Assembly: GCA_036172245.1 (NCBI GenBank)
Contig: JAYWIR010000072.1
Location: 124,001 to 188,000 of the forward strand
Length of the DNA stretch: 64,000 nucleotides
DNA from: Raillietiella orientalis
Taxonomy: Eukaryota
Direction of reading: 5' to 3'
Below are positions 13,498-27,115 of this stretch, in pieces. Every line of letters starts with the position of its first letter. Positions within the stretch are counted from its first letter, which is position 1. Below the pieces are notes generated by a model. The model worked only from the letters and a program-made list of their open reading frames with translations, was not told the DNA's origin and ran no database searches. Made by a program: the position numbers and the translations under genes.

Positions 13498-13865
13498 CTG
13501 GTCGGTTGGTCAAGGTGGCCGCTATCTTAGTCGGGTAGCTGGGAAACTAGCACCCGAACAACGATGCGGTACTGAGCGGCCTGGGCCCGAGCAACCCAGA
13601 AATAAAGGCGATCCTCCCTTTAATCGTGTGCTCAGTGATCCGGGCGGCAAGGGATATCTACTTAGACCACACCACCAGCTGACCATCGGCGGACACCGAG
13701 CCGACTCTCTCGGCACCCTTGTCGTTTGCAGCTCATCCATCATGGTGCGGGGCTGCATTCAGAGACCCCATTGAACTATAACCGAGTGATCAATTAACTG
13801 CGAACTCCAAGTGCATCCAATCTCGTATGGCAACTATTTTAAAATAAGAAACGTGGAATAAATAA
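13498..13865 (+). mobile_element. Short 3' fragment of RLE element joined to antisense 28S
   Basis: Decayed VG-LG--HPNND...IVCSVIRAARDIY; terminus agaaacgtggaataaataa|agttactccc. Confidence 0.85.
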
Positions 13866-14260
13866 AGTTACTCCCACCGTTTACTCGCACTTGGTTGAAT
13901 CTCTTCACTTTGACATTCAGAGCAGTGAGCAGAAATCACATCGCGTCAACACCAGCAACGGCCATCGCGATGCTTTGTTTTAATTAGTCGGATTCCTCTT
14001 GCCCGTGCCAGTTCAGCGTCGATCGCTGCAAACCAGCCGAAACGCTCCGGGACCAAAGAGTCCGGTCGCGCGCAGGGCGACCACCGACCGGAACTTCAAG
14101 CGAGGCCGTTCCGGGGTTCGGAATCTCTAGCAAGAACGCCATGGGAGACCATCATCGCTACAGAAAAGGGCGCGCCATCAGAGTGCGCCGCGGGCCCAAG
14201 CGGAACCGCCGGCACGTACGCGCCCCGACCGAGCGGCGAAACGCCGATGTCCCGTTAGCC
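13866..14260 (-). rRNA. 28S rRNA fragment upstream of the insertion site
   Basis: Reverse complement of ...CTCTGAATGTCAAAGTG...GTAAACGGCGGGAGTAACT; corresponds to ~62410-62850. Confidence 0.92.
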
Positions 14261-14289
14261 TGTTCTCTCGTGCCACCCTGCCACAGCTG

Positions 14290-14905
14290 ACGCTGAAGCA
14301 TCGCCTCATGTTCTTACTTTCCTTTCGCCAATCAGGAGCATCTCCCATAACAATCGTGAAACGACTCCACCAAACTCTTCAGCAACAAATACACCTAGAC
14401 CTTCAAGTGGCACTGCTTTAAATGCCCCAGTCCATTCTACGATCGATAATTTCCTCCAAGAAATTCACCCACCCTCAATGGATCAACCCTACTCCCTACT
14501 TCTCTGAACAATTTCGTGCCCCAATTTCCCAACCTAAAAAGAAAGATGAACAATAGAAATCCTGAAGTCCAAATTGATCTCCCTCCTCTTATGCTTATGA
14601 TGTCGTCCTAATTGCGAATTCTCCCCGCAATCTTGAAAATGCCCTCAACCACTTTGCTGCGGCTACCAGCATAGCCCGTTTCACCATCAACCCAAAAAAT
14701 TGTGCCCCTTACCATTTCGTTTCTTTTCTTGAAAGGTCCTACATCGGGTTTGACCCTCTTATCTATGACAGTGCATCGGTAAATTTGCCCTCAACTTTTA
14801 AATTATTCTGCGATCTCCTCAAGCACTGTGGAAGAAGTTGGATGCCATCAAAACGTTTTTCATTCTTTCCCTCGTACACGACCTTCGTTTAGGTAACAAG
14901 CAATT
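14290..14905 (+). mobile_element. RLE retrotransposon subfamily B remnants
   Basis: WKKLDAIKTFFILSLVHDLRLG matches WQKLDAIKRFFLPSLIHDLRLG in the 51876-54371 ORF. Confidence 0.7.
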
Positions 14906-15450
14906 ATCGGCAAACCTTCTCGCCAATCTACGTCTCAGAAAGCGGCAACTGGAACTCTTCGACGCCAACAAAAAACCAGCGAACCAGAGAACCATATTCT
15001 AGTTTTACGACACATTTGGCAACGCAGGAAAAACTACGATGGTCAAATATCTATACCGCAAAAAAGGAACCACCTACATGCATTTCTGCCGAAAAGCTGG
15101 CGCAGCCCATATCTACAATGGGGAACATCGTTGTCACGTGACACACACGTGTCTTCACACGTGACAACCAAGAACACGTACAATATGGCTTTGTAGAATC
15201 CCTCAAAAATGGGATATTCGACCCCAAATATCAAGGATCGATGAAGTACTTTGACGTTGGAAACACTCATATTTGCGAACTGGGAGCCCGACAACTCAAA
15301 AATGAGTGCTGACAGACGGTTTGCAAAAAATATTGGCAGACGTGCAGATTCCCAAGATACGAGTTGGAAAATGAATGGAAAAGGATCCATTCTCCCATGG
15401 GCTTCAAGCCCTAGAACAGAGCAAGTGCATGACACGCCTGACTTCTCTTG
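14906..15450 (+). pseudogene. rep: Endogenous CRESS DNA virus Rep, SF3 helicase half
   Basis: FYDTFGNAGKTT (Walker A), AHIYNGE, QYGFVESLKNG, PKYQG, IFANWEPDNSKMSADR; homologous to 42518-43066. Confidence 0.85.
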
Positions 15451-15464
15451 AGCACGCTTTCACC

Positions 15465-15511
15465 AATTTCTTTGAGTGATTTCGCTAGCAGCGAAATCAC
15501 TCAAAGAAATT
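15465..15511. repeat. Perfect 22-bp inverted repeat with 3-nt loop
   Basis: aatttctttgagtgatttcgct-agc-agcgaaatcactcaaagaaatt. Confidence 0.95.
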
Positions 15512-15529
15512 TTTTACTACTAGTATATT

Positions 15530-15630
15530 GCTAAATCTCTGTTCTGATTGAACTCCAAATAAAACATTTGGGCTATTCTATATATAGAGTAGCCTTTTGT
15601 TAAAGTACCCTCCTTTGGAACCGGTTGATA
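15530..15630 (-). pseudogene. CRESS capsid C-terminal remnant
   Basis: Minus translation PKEGTLTKGYSIYRI vs PKNGNLTKGYPIFRI at ~42400. Confidence 0.65.
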
Positions 15631-18600
15631 GGAAAATAACTATTTTACTAACCTCAAAATATTAACCATTCACTACTGCCTGATGAAAATACACAAACAT
15701 CTTGCGTTGCACTGAATTTTGCATGAATTTCTTGTCACCACGTTCTACCTAATTTTCCAAATACATATTTCGAATATAATGTAGTAACACGTGACTCCTT
15801 CTAAAACAAAAACTAGAAAACTGCCACGTGACAAAAAAACTAAATAAATTTTAGAATCTGAAGTAACAGCCAGTTACTTGAACAGCAAGATTTTAATTCG
15901 CACTAGTTTCACGGGAAAATTCCACGATTTGCAATAGCAACCGAAAGATGTGCCAACATGCCAGTAAGCCATAGATACACTGAACATTCACACATACTTT
16001 CCAACCCTGGGTGCAAGCCCAACCTTGGATGGACTTACCGAAGCAGTTAGCACCTTCAAACATGCCCACCCCTTATATGGGCTCTTTTCATATTAGGATA
16101 CAATCAGGGCGTCATGAAAAGCATTGCCAATTCCAAGATCTTAACATGTACAGATGATCTCGTGATTATTACCAGAAATCCAAACGATCTGCTATCGGCC
16201 TTAGACCTGACTGGGGCACTCACAAAATGAATTGGTGTACTGCCAAACACAAATTAGCGTAACTAACTTCACTGCCAAGCGAAAACACCGACATATCTGG
16301 GAATGACTTTCTTCTCCATTTTCAAGAGCCTCAAGTGTTGCATTCGACTACGACACCATGCATAATTTTGCCGTGCACACAGTACACTGCAATACGATGC
16401 GTGGTACACATTACACGTGAATCATGTGCATGATGTTTTCAGATGTCGTGATGCGGTTTTTCAATGATATAACTTATATTGAAGAGATGCATACATGCAG
16501 ATACATTTGCATAGTGAGTTCACAAAATGACATGTTGGCAACCACCTAAAACATCCGAGTCCTCACAAGCTTAGATTGCACCTACGATTTGAAAAAGTCA
16601 ACTCAACTCTCAGCATGCAACGAAATTACTAACAGCTTACACGTTAGACAACACTAGTGCATCAACTGCAACCCTACTGTCACATTTGACAGAATTGGCC
16701 ATCCAGACTTCCCTCTGGCTGAATGCACATTACAAAACAGTTCAGCAACATGCACAAGCATCCCATGCACATCTCATCAGCACAGCAGGCCCTGATGTAA
16801 CAAAGCATGGCATGAACAAAAACGTTGCAATCCTCAACACTTTCACAGCAGTGCAAGTCCAACAGCTCCACAACCTTTCTTACTAGAATTTACATATCCA
16901 AGTCTCACTGAAACACCTCATTACAAGCAGAACATCCACACATTTTTTTGCCATCCATAAACTCTCCTGTCAACAATCGCCATCACAGTAAACGTGCAAA
17001 GTGGAACGGGACCAAGATGCAGTTCTCAAAACTCTAGTAGGTGCTCTTCCATTGCTTCTTGACGACGTTCTCGATTTCTGATGACTGAAGAAAAACAACA
17101 ACGACATTGCAAGCGAGTGCTTCCGTTCAACTCCTTTCTTTGTTCTGCATCACTGCAAAATAAATCACAAGCATTCCAGCACCTTTCCTTTTCCCGATTC
17201 TCACAGCAATTTTCAAAAAAGCAAAAATTAATTCCTTTACCGTAAAGTGCTCACTGCTAACAGCACCTTCCTTTTCCCATCGATCACATACTCCTCGAAT
17301 GCCTACATGCCTAGCAACCCGACCATTCCACCATCCACACTTTGAGCCACAGCATTTCTTCCCACGTTCCAAACCGAAACTGAACCGTGCAGCGCCACAC
17401 CCACTTCAACCAGAAAGCGCAGCCGCCCCTTTCCCCTCTTCCCGCTCTTTAGCCTCTTCCTGTGCGCTTCAAGATGTGCATTTCGAGGAGGAACAGACAG
17501 CGCGGAGTTCGATCTCCCCAAGTCTTTTGGCAACAACAGCTTCCCTTTTAATTGCACCTTTCCACTCTTCACCACTCTTCAATGATCCTTTCGCAATGAT
17601 TTCCTTACGTCTTCTCCATTGAAGACATTCCTCGGTTCTTCCACCCATGTCGGTGTTCTTGTGCAATCTGAGGTCTCCTCCGAATGCACAAGAGGCTTCT
17701 CACATTCTCCTATCGTCACTTTTACGATTTGTTTGGGAAGTGTTTCATCAGCGGGCGCACTTTTTCAACAAGTACTGCACATGTACACGAAAATGAATCG
17801 AGTTTCAGATTTTCTTATACACAGAAAAGCTGCTTTCCATCGTGAGGACGAAACCAAACCTCGCATAGAAAGGGAGAACCCTTTCCATGCTTGGCTTTTC
17901 AAGATTGGAGATTCGCCAGGGCCTGCAGGGAGATTCTTTCACGGAGCTTCCAAGGATATCAATTTCAATTCAGAACGGTGGTGGAGAGAGAACAGCAATC
18001 GGGCACGTCGGAACGAATATCTCACTTGTCCTGATGGAAAAGTGAGATAAATTGACTTGTTTCAAATTCATTCCTTGCAACACCAGGAATGAATTTGAAA
18101 CAAGTTTGTGTTTGATTAAATTAGGCATAAATTCTACGGATATAAGAACGAAGGAAGGAATCTTTGCATAAATTGATCATTCATTGGAACTGCCTATGTT
18201 GCCTCCGGGACATCAGCCTTCCTGACTTGATGAGAGGACGAAGGGAAGTGCCAAGCTGAACTGCGACAGATGCGGGAAATTTTTCGTTAGACTGCAACTG
18301 TTTCTCTTTCCATGAAATCGAGAAAACTGGTCAAGAAAATAGCATTCTTGTAACAACCACTCCTTCTCCTCGTCACACAAATTCTTTCGAGACCGATGAC
18401 TTTGCGAATTATTGTTTTTTTCTAACCACTGACAATATTTTGCTTCCTAAATGCTGTGCAGCTCCTTTCACATGCAAGAAATTCATATTCTTTATTTTGC
18501 TCTCCATGTGCAAGAGCATTGGTTCCTCCAGAAAATTGGAAGGATAGCCCTTGAATGGATGCTGCCCTTTCTTTATCAAAACTTGGAAAAGCCTTCTCAA

Positions 18601-19785
18601 TGAATTCGGAGTTCACCATCTCACCTGCTCTTCAAATCGCCTCGATTGGCCATTGCAAGCACCAGGATTCGTGCTTCCACCTTTCTTAGGTGTGGATGAA
18701 TTTCAATTAAAACTCACATCACAAGTTGGTTTCTTGGAATACGTGTTTTCCCGAGCTTTCAGTAAGCCTGCATTTCTTCTCCCTAATTTCTCCCCAGAGT
18801 TACGTGAATAAAAGAGAATGCATAAGCCTTTCGTTTTCTGATTTGAGATTTTTAATTGCATGATGTTCAGTGTAAGAAGTCAGCCCGAGTGAAGAAGCTT
18901 CGTGCAGCTCATCAGATTCCACCGAAACCGAGGAAACGTGCCGTCCGACACACGAGTACCTTTTTGATAACCTGGTTATTAAATAGTCTTGTAATTTTGA
19001 ACATCTGCTTCAAAGCCATCTTCAAAATCCGAACCCATGTATCCAACAGATTTTCTTTTCGAGCTGATTTTTGTGTGCATTTCTGTGGAATCGTCATCTT
19101 TAGATTCCTAAAGGAGGATTTTCCTTTCGATCCAAAAACTTTCCTTATATCCATGCAGGGCAACCGCGGCTGCAGGTTATTGCGCAACTGTTTTCTTACA
19201 AAGTTCGGTTTGATCATCCTTTCGAATTTTCCAGTCCGAGGGATTGAGAAACTGTGCTGAAATTCCACACCAAAGGTGAATGCTGCAGTTCTGCACTCCT
19301 GCCGTTCAGCTAAACCATTTGAATGCTATTTTGGCACAATGCTTTTTTCCGAGGCCAACTTACTTGCCTTTTGCCTTTCGAATGCACTGAGAATTAGCAC
19401 GTCTTTGCTGTCCTGAGAATGTTGATGACCTATCCTAAACGAAACAGTTGCATTTACTGTCCACTCTTCCAAATTTCAGGCAGCTGCAACGTTCGCACTG
19501 GGGAAGTGCTCTTGAATGCACTCGGTTGATTGATTGCCTAGTGTGCTGCCAGACTATGATGTTTCCCACTTCCAAAAATTTGAAAATGGGGATTGTCTGC
19601 AATTTTCAGCTGCATAGGAGAAATCCAGTTGTAGCAATCGAGCAATCTTTGGTGCTTCAAAGCAGGAGTTGAGGGTTCCCTGGGAACATGTACATGTTTG
19701 CTGTCTAGCTGTGTTCGATCATATGCTGCCCCTTAGTCAGTTTCTCACATTTGGCGTTCCCTCAACCTAAATGTGGTGAGCGGGT
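15630..19785. repeat. Left arm of a large diverged inverted repeat
   Basis: Collinear reverse-complement blocks: 15630-15870/39455-39700, 15875-16300/38400-38845, 16460-17730/37265-38340, 17735-18270/36250-36722, 18310-18480/34740-34910, 18840-19785/33338-34280. Confidence 0.93.
15900..16300 (+). mobile_element. Decayed RLE RT fragment within the inverted-repeat arm
   Basis: KILTCTDDLVIITRNPNDLLSALDLTGAL (YADD region); mirrored at 38400-38845. Confidence 0.65.
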
Positions 19786-20707
19786 CTCGGATGAAGCACT
19801 CCACGGGAAGTTGTGACGACGAAGACTGCAAGGCATATATGTTTACATGCCGATCGATAAGAGTCTTCATGTCTTGAGGTGTCCCACATTGCTCCGCGAC
19901 TGACTGGCTCTGAAAAGCGTCATTGGGCTGACCACCACTTCAGTCATGAGAATTCAAGCAGGGATGTGCCATGAAAACGGGAGCGTTTTCTTCTACAATT
20001 CAATGACCCAACCACGCCGACCAAGAAGTATGTTTAGTACGAAACAATATGGATCTGAATGTCTCTACCAAACAAGAAATATATATATATTAGTTGTCAG
20101 GGAGCACATGAATCAATTGATATTTACAAATGATAGGATACTGAAGGTGATTGGTTATTCAGATAATTGCCAGGGTGAGAGTGAATCCACATCTGGATCT
20201 GTATTGATTACTACGAGTCTTGCAATATGTAAGAGTTGTACTGTGAGTGTCATTTTCCATACATAGACCAGAAATTGCTACTGCCATGCTGTCAACACTG
20301 GTGAGAGAAAGCACTGTGCCATAATACAAAAGAGGTGATGCAACATGAAGTGTTAAATTTTTTTCCATTGCAGTGAAGGTAGCAAGACGTGCACCAACGT
20401 TTGGAGGCCACATATCACAAAAATGCCACCATATCTTTTAGCCAACTCCGTATGTTTTTCTCCTTCATTTCAAGTGCCACAATAATATGAAACTGTGCAT
20501 TAGTATTTTCGGTTTGACCAAAGACTGATTCCTGAATTTTGTGTGAACGCAAGGGACATATATCACTACTTCACTTACAGTTAATTTGTAGTACTCACTT
20601 GGTGAGTACAGAAAGTGTAACATCCAATTAATACAAAATCATGTGCAACATACGGCAATCTCTCTTTCTTCAAAGCATTCCTCACCGTTAGACAGATTAC
20701 GCCTAAT

Positions 20708-20840
20708 CCCCAGTATTCCATCTCACCAATCCTTTGGCCACCAAAATGTGTTTTTCCATTAAGAAGCTATTGAGTAATCAAACTATAAGGGCGAGTAGAC
20801 CTTGCGTGAATTTTATTCCAAGTATGATTCCAAGACTTAA
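20708..20840 (-). pseudogene. rpoB: Bacterial RNA polymerase beta fragment (Rickettsiales-like)
   Basis: [34 protein letters not shown] vs [35 protein letters not shown]. Confidence 0.9.
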
Positions 20841-21079
20841 TAGACTGTAGAATCGAAAGCTTTATACCCACAGCATTGTTTGCATACGGTGATACGCAAC
20901 ATGCCGCTGCTCCCCATAAATCATTAGGAAAAATGTGACACTACCTCTTCACCAACCTTAATTACATCTCCAACACGCATGCTCACCTATGATATGTGAA
21001 TCTATCTTGATATTATAACGCTTAAGCCATGCAATAGCGTCTTTTGTTCTAGGAATTGGCATGTTCCTCCTCATCGCCT

Positions 21080-21270
21080 GTTATATTCTGAACATCATCA
21101 TATTTTCCAAAATATCCATAAGCTTGATCATAGTTTTCAACTTGTCTTCACTAAGTGATATTTGCTCATTAGGCTTCCAAATTAACTTTGCAACAGATGC
21201 TGTTCTCAGTCCAGATTCTAACCTCCCTTTTGTACTATGAAAACCTGTATGGTCACAAAAAATCCCACAC
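21080..21270 (-). pseudogene. yebC: YebC/PmpR family C-terminal fragment
   Basis: AKLIWKPNEQISLSEDKLKTMIKLMDILEN. Confidence 0.75.
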
Positions 21271-21780
21271 CCAATTTCATACAATGTACAACCCAAGGCT
21301 CGAGCATCATGTGCGATCTGCAGCATTCTGTCTTGCACTGCTTTTGAAGCAAAGTTATACTATTTTTGTTCTCACAAAAATTAATGAACTTTGTGCCAAC
21401 ACAGAGACATCTCTGGAATTATTTGGCATATTTTCTGCTGACAATACACATTCTTCTGCAGCCGCCAGATCACCATTGTAAACATAAATATCTGCTAATT
21501 CTTGATTTGGCCTAAGAACTTGCTTTTTTACAGCTGCTCTGTAATTTTGCCAGCTCATCAGATGCTTCGTACCTATTAAGACTCGATTCAATTATATGCA
21601 AAAGATCAGACTTTGCACCAAGCTCGGGTCTTTCACGCAACTCCTCAAACTTCAACACAGTAAATCGATTATCAAATTCAATCGTATTGCTCCCACGGAT
21701 AGCTATTGTATTTTTCTTTGTTGTTTCTCCTTGCTGGCTCAATGCCTAGTGATACCTGTGATCAAACTTGCTTTCTGTTT

Positions 21781-21985
21781 CAGATGAATTCTTTGAATGC
21801 CATGTTTTTCGAATGTATTTAGCAATATTCTGTCATCAACACACCATTACCAAGGCTGTGCGTTTCTGGTGTAATTTCAGCGTTATCTGAGATGTTTTCC
21901 TCTGCTCTACACAAGTTTTCTAGAATCCGAACTAGTTCTTTTGAAAAATTTGCAATAGCATGCTTTTTGGCAGCATCGAGCTAAC
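21781..21985 (-). pseudogene. grpE: GrpE fragment
   Basis: DAAKKHAIANFSKELVRILENLCRA...GVLMTE/LLNTFEKHGIQRI. Confidence 0.8.
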
Positions 21986-21989
21986 GTAG

Positions 21990-22190
21990 AAGATTGCAAA
22001 GTGTTACATCATTATATTGAAATGCCTGAAAATTGGTTTGGATGTCTTGGAGTGATACTGGCAACTTTGAATTCATCAGTAGATTGAATGTTGCTGTTGC
22101 AAATAAACAAGGTAGCTTAGCAGAGTTAATCGCTCAAATGAACAGTGACATCACAAATGTGAAGGTAAAATCCAGATTACAAAACTTCTT
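21990..22190 (+). pseudogene. spoT: RelA/SpoT C-terminal ACT domain fragment
   Basis: VWMSWSDTGNFEFISRLNVAVANKQGSLAELIAQMNSDITNVKV. Confidence 0.65.
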
Positions 22191-22604
22191 CACAAAGCAG
22201 CCGGAAAAGCATATACCTCTTTGGTGAGAGAATTTATAGTGAAGGCTTTATAAGAGCAAAGATGATCTGTATGCTAAATGCTTTGTACTCAGAACCAGGT
22301 GAGCTTGAAGTTGATATAATTTTAATTAATTAAAGAGTCAGTTGCAAACATGCTTTACAATGACATAAAAATGTTGTGCAATACCAGAGTACAGCACAGA
22401 CTGGGATAAAGATGATTGTGATGCGTTTTATGAGCAACTTCTTGCAAATTCAGAAAAATGCAGGAAGTCTTGAAATCATAGCAAATGATGGGATTCATTT
22501 TGGATCTGGTGTGCAGGTTGAGATTGCCAACTAGACTCAATAAAATTTGCTGCATGCGCATATTTTATTCTAAAAAAGTATCATCAGTGTCAGGGTTTCA
22601 CAGA

Positions 22605-22712
22605 ATGGCTATAGCTGTTTTGATGCCAGCTCTTTCTCCTACAACGAGTAAAGGAAATGTTGCAAAATGGATCAAAGAAGAAAGTGATTTGTTAGAACCA
22701 GGACAGATGATC
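22605..22712 (+). pseudogene. pdhC: Pyruvate dehydrogenase E2 lipoyl-domain N-terminus (alphaproteobacterial type)
   Basis: MAIAVLMPALSPTTSKGNVAKWIKEESDLLEPGQMI. Confidence 0.8.
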
Positions 22713-22944
22713 CAAGACAAAGATATTGGAGGCTATTCTGGAGTCAACTTCAATCTTCGATATGCCAGGAACAGGTCTAATAAGTCAGCTATGTACTATA
22801 GAAAAGGTTTTATTTAGGTTTCCTGATTATTTTCCTGACATCACTTCAAAATTCGAAGCTATCAGAATTGATCTGCAAGAGGTTAACCACACAGTTGAGC
22901 GCAAAAGATCAGAACTCATTATTAATGAAGATCTTCATTTGCGT

Positions 22945-23200
22945 ATGCTTCAATTACTACATATCTAAAAAGATCAACTATCTCTGCTATCCTGGATTGG
23001 TCTTGGAAGAATTTTCTAATTTCTGCAGTAGTAATTGGTCCAAGTCCATTAATGTTTATCAAACCTTCCTCATCTGAAGTTTTCACAGCAGAAAAAAAAG
23101 TTGTCAACGTCACCGTAGTGAGTGGAGAGTAACTTTGCAGCTGATTTTCCAACACTTCCAATGACAAGTGAGTATATAAAGTTCCCTAGAGAAATGTTTC
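22945..23200 (-). pseudogene. ligA: NAD-dependent DNA ligase HhH region fragment
   Basis: SLGNFIYS...SDEEGLININGLGPITTAEIRKFF. Confidence 0.7.
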
Positions 23201-24014
23201 TTGACTTCTGATTCATCCTTGATCATCCACGTATCCTGAATAGCCGACCTAGATTTATTGATAGATAAAAGTGAATGGATCACTATGTGAAACCACGCAG
23301 TTTGAAGAGAAATAAGATTTGCACCAAGATCTTCATACAGCGTAATGAATATACACGAATCACGTTTCTCAGGATGTCAAGCGACCAATTCCTTATCGAA
23401 AAATAATTTGTATTGCAAGCAGGAGCAAACCTTAGCGAATTACGCTTGCTGCGGTTTCAGGGGAGCTTATGTGGATTATATTGCCTGCATATCTATTTTC
23501 TAAAAGACTAGAAATAGAATCTACTTTGCGCGTAGGAACCATTTTTGCTATTTCTGCATTACTAATTGCTCGCTTTTCTAATAAAAGCTTCTTAAGGAGA
23601 GCACTTAATACGAGTCTTGCAGTCTCATTCCATATTTTATGATTCTGGATGATCTGGAATCAAGCTATTGTCTTAATGTGGGCTAAGTAGTCTCTTTCAC
23701 TAAGGAGTCCCCGGTTCTCAGCTCGCATGTCAAACAGATGTCAAACATGTCAATATAATTCGAGAATCAAGGCATTATCTTGTAAAAACTCTCTACCACT
23801 CTTTGGATAGTTCAATGCATTCCATATAAGTCCTATACCTGAAGAGCCAGGCAGAGCCTTCTTTAAAAGCTCCTGAAACTGCTATAAACTTTGTATGCGC
23901 CAAGATTATCCAAGTTTCGTGCAATCTCCCATGAAAGCTTATGTCGCTTGAATACGGCAGCTTTGGAATCTCCAGAAATAGCAGTTTGTACCTCAGAGCT
24001 TATAGCATTCCTCT

Positions 24015-24330
24015 GCTCAAAGTATGTTCTTATGTATGTATCGGCTTCAGCTTCAACTCTATTTGGGAATAATCAGCGCATAATAGGGTGCATCCCTCTT
24101 TAGCTATGAATGCTTCTCTGATGCTTGCACCATCTTTAGTTTTTATTAAGATATTTCGTGTTTTGAAGAGAATCGGCCAGTTGCCCTTACGGTCAGTTCA
24201 AACGTTGCATGTAGCCTTTTAGCAATAGGGTTGATTGAGTTCAATGTTGCTTTCCCTACACTTCTTGGCCCTTAAAATAAAAGCGCGTGCGGCAACCTAT
24301 CTGAAAGTACAGAATCTAAAAAAGAACTTG
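24015..24330 (-). pseudogene. polA: DNA polymerase I fragment, internally deleted
   Basis: RLHATFELTVRATGRFSS; KTKDGASIREAFIAKEGCTLLCADYSQIEL; EADTYIRTYF. Confidence 0.88.
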
Positions 24331-24464
24331 GAGATTTTATCATGTCCATACAGATCATTATTTTTCATAGGGTGTCACGCAAATCATCTCCAACTGAATG
24401 TATGGAGTTTCGCGGCACTATTGAACTTGGAATTTGCATCGAATTCATATCAACAACATGTCAC

Positions 24465-24610
24465 GAGACGGACCGATCTCTAGCGTTTTCAAGCCACTTT
24501 CCAAACAAGCCATCTTCAAAATGCTCTGGAATCCAGTTCATCTTCTGATTATTTGCGATCATTTGTTCTTGAAGCGCTGTAGCCTTTACATACCAAGAAT
24601 GAACCCTCTC
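24465..24610 (-). pseudogene. ileS: Isoleucyl-tRNA synthetase (type 2) fragment
   Basis: SWYVKATALQEQMIANNQKMNWIPEHFEDGLFGKWLENARD. Confidence 0.88.
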
Positions 24611-24659
24611 GAAATCAATGGAGACCACGGAACGAACTTACGTTCGTTTGCTCAGAGGG

Positions 24660-24925
24660 CATATAAGACCTGCAAAAGCAATATTCCCAGAAGGTACGAA
24701 CTAGAGGAAGCCAGCTAGTTGCTTTAGCACGCTTTGATGTTTGGCAGTATGGATGCAGTGATAGACATGGGCACTGGGCATGGAGCAGGGCATTTCCTAT
24801 CGGTACATGGAGGCCCGCAGAGCATAGGATATGGCAGAAAGGTTGTCCCGCTTCGGGCTTGCATGGTGCTGTCAAATGAAAGGATAGGATTTCATATGGA
24901 TGGAGAATATGGTATCGAAGGTTTG
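24660..24925 (+). pseudogene. pepP: Aminopeptidase P (M24) fragment
   Basis: GTGHGAGHFLSVHGGPQSIG...VPLRACMVLSNE..GFHMDGEYGI. Confidence 0.85.
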
Positions 24926-25459
24926 TAGGATCTTTAGCGTAAGTTCTGCAACTTTACTGTCTTCGTACATGAAGGGTTTTCTTCTATGTGTGTATTGCTT
25001 GAGATTGCTCCATCTATTTCTTGCTAGAAAGCCTAGGTGCGTTGTAGGTTTTGGTGATAAGATAATTGCATACTTTTGCAAGAGTTTATCTGTGTCTTTT
25101 CCAGATACTGTTGGGTTGCCAAGCACTGTATTAAATAATGGCTTTCTTTTCGTCCAGTAAAATCTCTGATGGTTAAACGTCAGTTTAGCACGGTCAGTAC
25201 TGATGCCTTGTAAATAACGATGGCCATAGAATGGATAAGCAAATGCTTCCGGTTCCAGGCAAACGAATTCTGGTTTTGGATAATGCACGTTATGTTTTGG
25301 CAAGTGCCGTAACTTCCTGCAGTCCCTTTTGTACCAACTCGTCTTCAATGTGTAAAATAACTAAAAGTCGAAAGACACTTGCCTTGTTGCTTGCTCTCGG
25401 CCTTGTCTTCTTTTCGTATTACCATAAGAAGACATAATTAATATATGAAATGGAGCGTC

Positions 25460-25900
25460 ACTCTAGATGCAATAGTAGTAAGTGAATATGCTGATCGTAA
25501 AGTAATTAAGGGAGCACCTTTGCAGGGTGCATTTACTGCTGCTGCAACGCATATGTTTCGGCCGATCTTGACATCCACATTGGTGAAAATCATAGTATTT
25601 TCTCCTCTTCTATTTTGGCCTGGAGTTCTTTAGCAATTTACGCACCACTTGCCAATTACTGCTCATTTCATATTAGGCAACTCTGCTTTTTGCTCTCTTT
25701 TTCCAACTTGGTCCATTATTTGGAAAGAGCAATGCAATACATCAAGATGACGTAGCTGCGATGAAAGCATCAGAAGAAGGAGACTTTGAGAATTAAGGCA
25801 CATTCTCCAAGTTGTATACAAAGTGCCTATTGTATGTCTTGGATCGTGCTAAAGTTTTTGTATATGCAGTAATTGCTGGGATCATTGCAGTGCTGTTAAA
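25460..25900 (+). pseudogene. RND efflux permease (AcrB/AcrD/AcrF family) fragment
   Basis: DAIVVSEYADRK...MFRPILTSTLVKIIVFSPLLFWPGVL*QF.HHLPIT. Confidence 0.85.
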
Positions 25901-26829
25901 CGTAGGCAGGGACGTTTCAGACAGAACTTGCTTGGAAAAAGGGTATATTACTGAGGGCGTTCTGCGATCGTTGTGGGGCCTGAATTAAAGTGTGGTCTTC
26001 CAAAGCAAATGGCGCTTGAGCTACTCAAGCCATCAAGAGAGCAGAACCTGCCTCAAAATTGATTAGTTACTATACAGTGCATATTAAATATATATGAGCA
26101 AAGCATGCCAACAACTGAGTGAATCACGTTCTATTGTAAACTATGAACACCTGCACTAATCCTAAGTATATCCAAACATTAAACTGTCTAGAACACAATT
26201 GTCAGACAATCATCCACGCCTGGTAATAGAGGCCATCGAGCAGTTGTACAGAATGTTGCGCGCAATCTGAAAGGAAGGCCGTTGGGAAATCGTAGCTGGA
26301 AAGCTGCGTGCTCAGGGTTCAGAGCTAATCACGGGTTTCAAGAAAAACATGAAAGATTCAGACAGCCGCAGGGCAACTTAAGCAGATCTGCCACATACAG
26401 CACACAAGACATAGATCAGCAACCAATTTCTTGGCAAACCTATTTGCTAAGGAATTAGTTTTCAAAAATCTTTCTGACGCAATGTTATCAATGCTTCTGC
26501 CAGAAACTGCTGGAGTGAAAACCGTGCTCTTGACAACTGACACAGCAAGTGAAGATTCAGTTTCTAAGAGAAGAAGAACAATTGCGGAAAACAGAACGTA
26601 CCTTATGATGATAATAAAGGCACTAGCAAATATACAGATAGTAAATAGTACCTTGTCAATGCAAAATGTAGTCCCTCTGCACGAAGGAAGTATGAAATTC
26701 TATAATGAAAATCCATTGTATTGGAGCAGATAATTGAGCTCAGATCCGACAATACAACAATTCATGCAAAGTGCTGATTCTTCCTCTGTACATAAAAAGT
26801 TCCACCTGGTAATTGCTCTAAAGATGGAT

Positions 26830-27115
26830 GACATGAAGGTTTCAAGTAAAGTGACGTTGCGATGGGTCTTGTTGGCTGCAGCTTTTTGCTATGGCATAGA
26901 CCTTCAGCGTGGGCAGAAGGATGCACTGCTGTTTCTGACAGGGTATGTCATAGAGCTTGCACAAAGTTCTGACAATGTATGTATTCTTATGTATTTAATG
27001 TATTCATATTGTTTTTCGAAATTTGCAAGACTAAGAAACAATTTCAACATAAGGTCTTGTTTATAGGAATCTTGAGCGCAATTGTAATGCGACTTTGGTT
27101 TGGGATATTCTACTT
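26830..27115 (+). pseudogene. terC: TerC/Alx family membrane protein fragment
   Basis: ALLFLTGYVIELAQSSDNV; QHKVLFIGILSAIVMR. Confidence 0.85.

Noticed and set aside
16460..19785. Host protein-coding gene in the inverted-repeat arms
   Set aside because: Short ORFs with no recognisable domain and frames not consistently preserved between arms.
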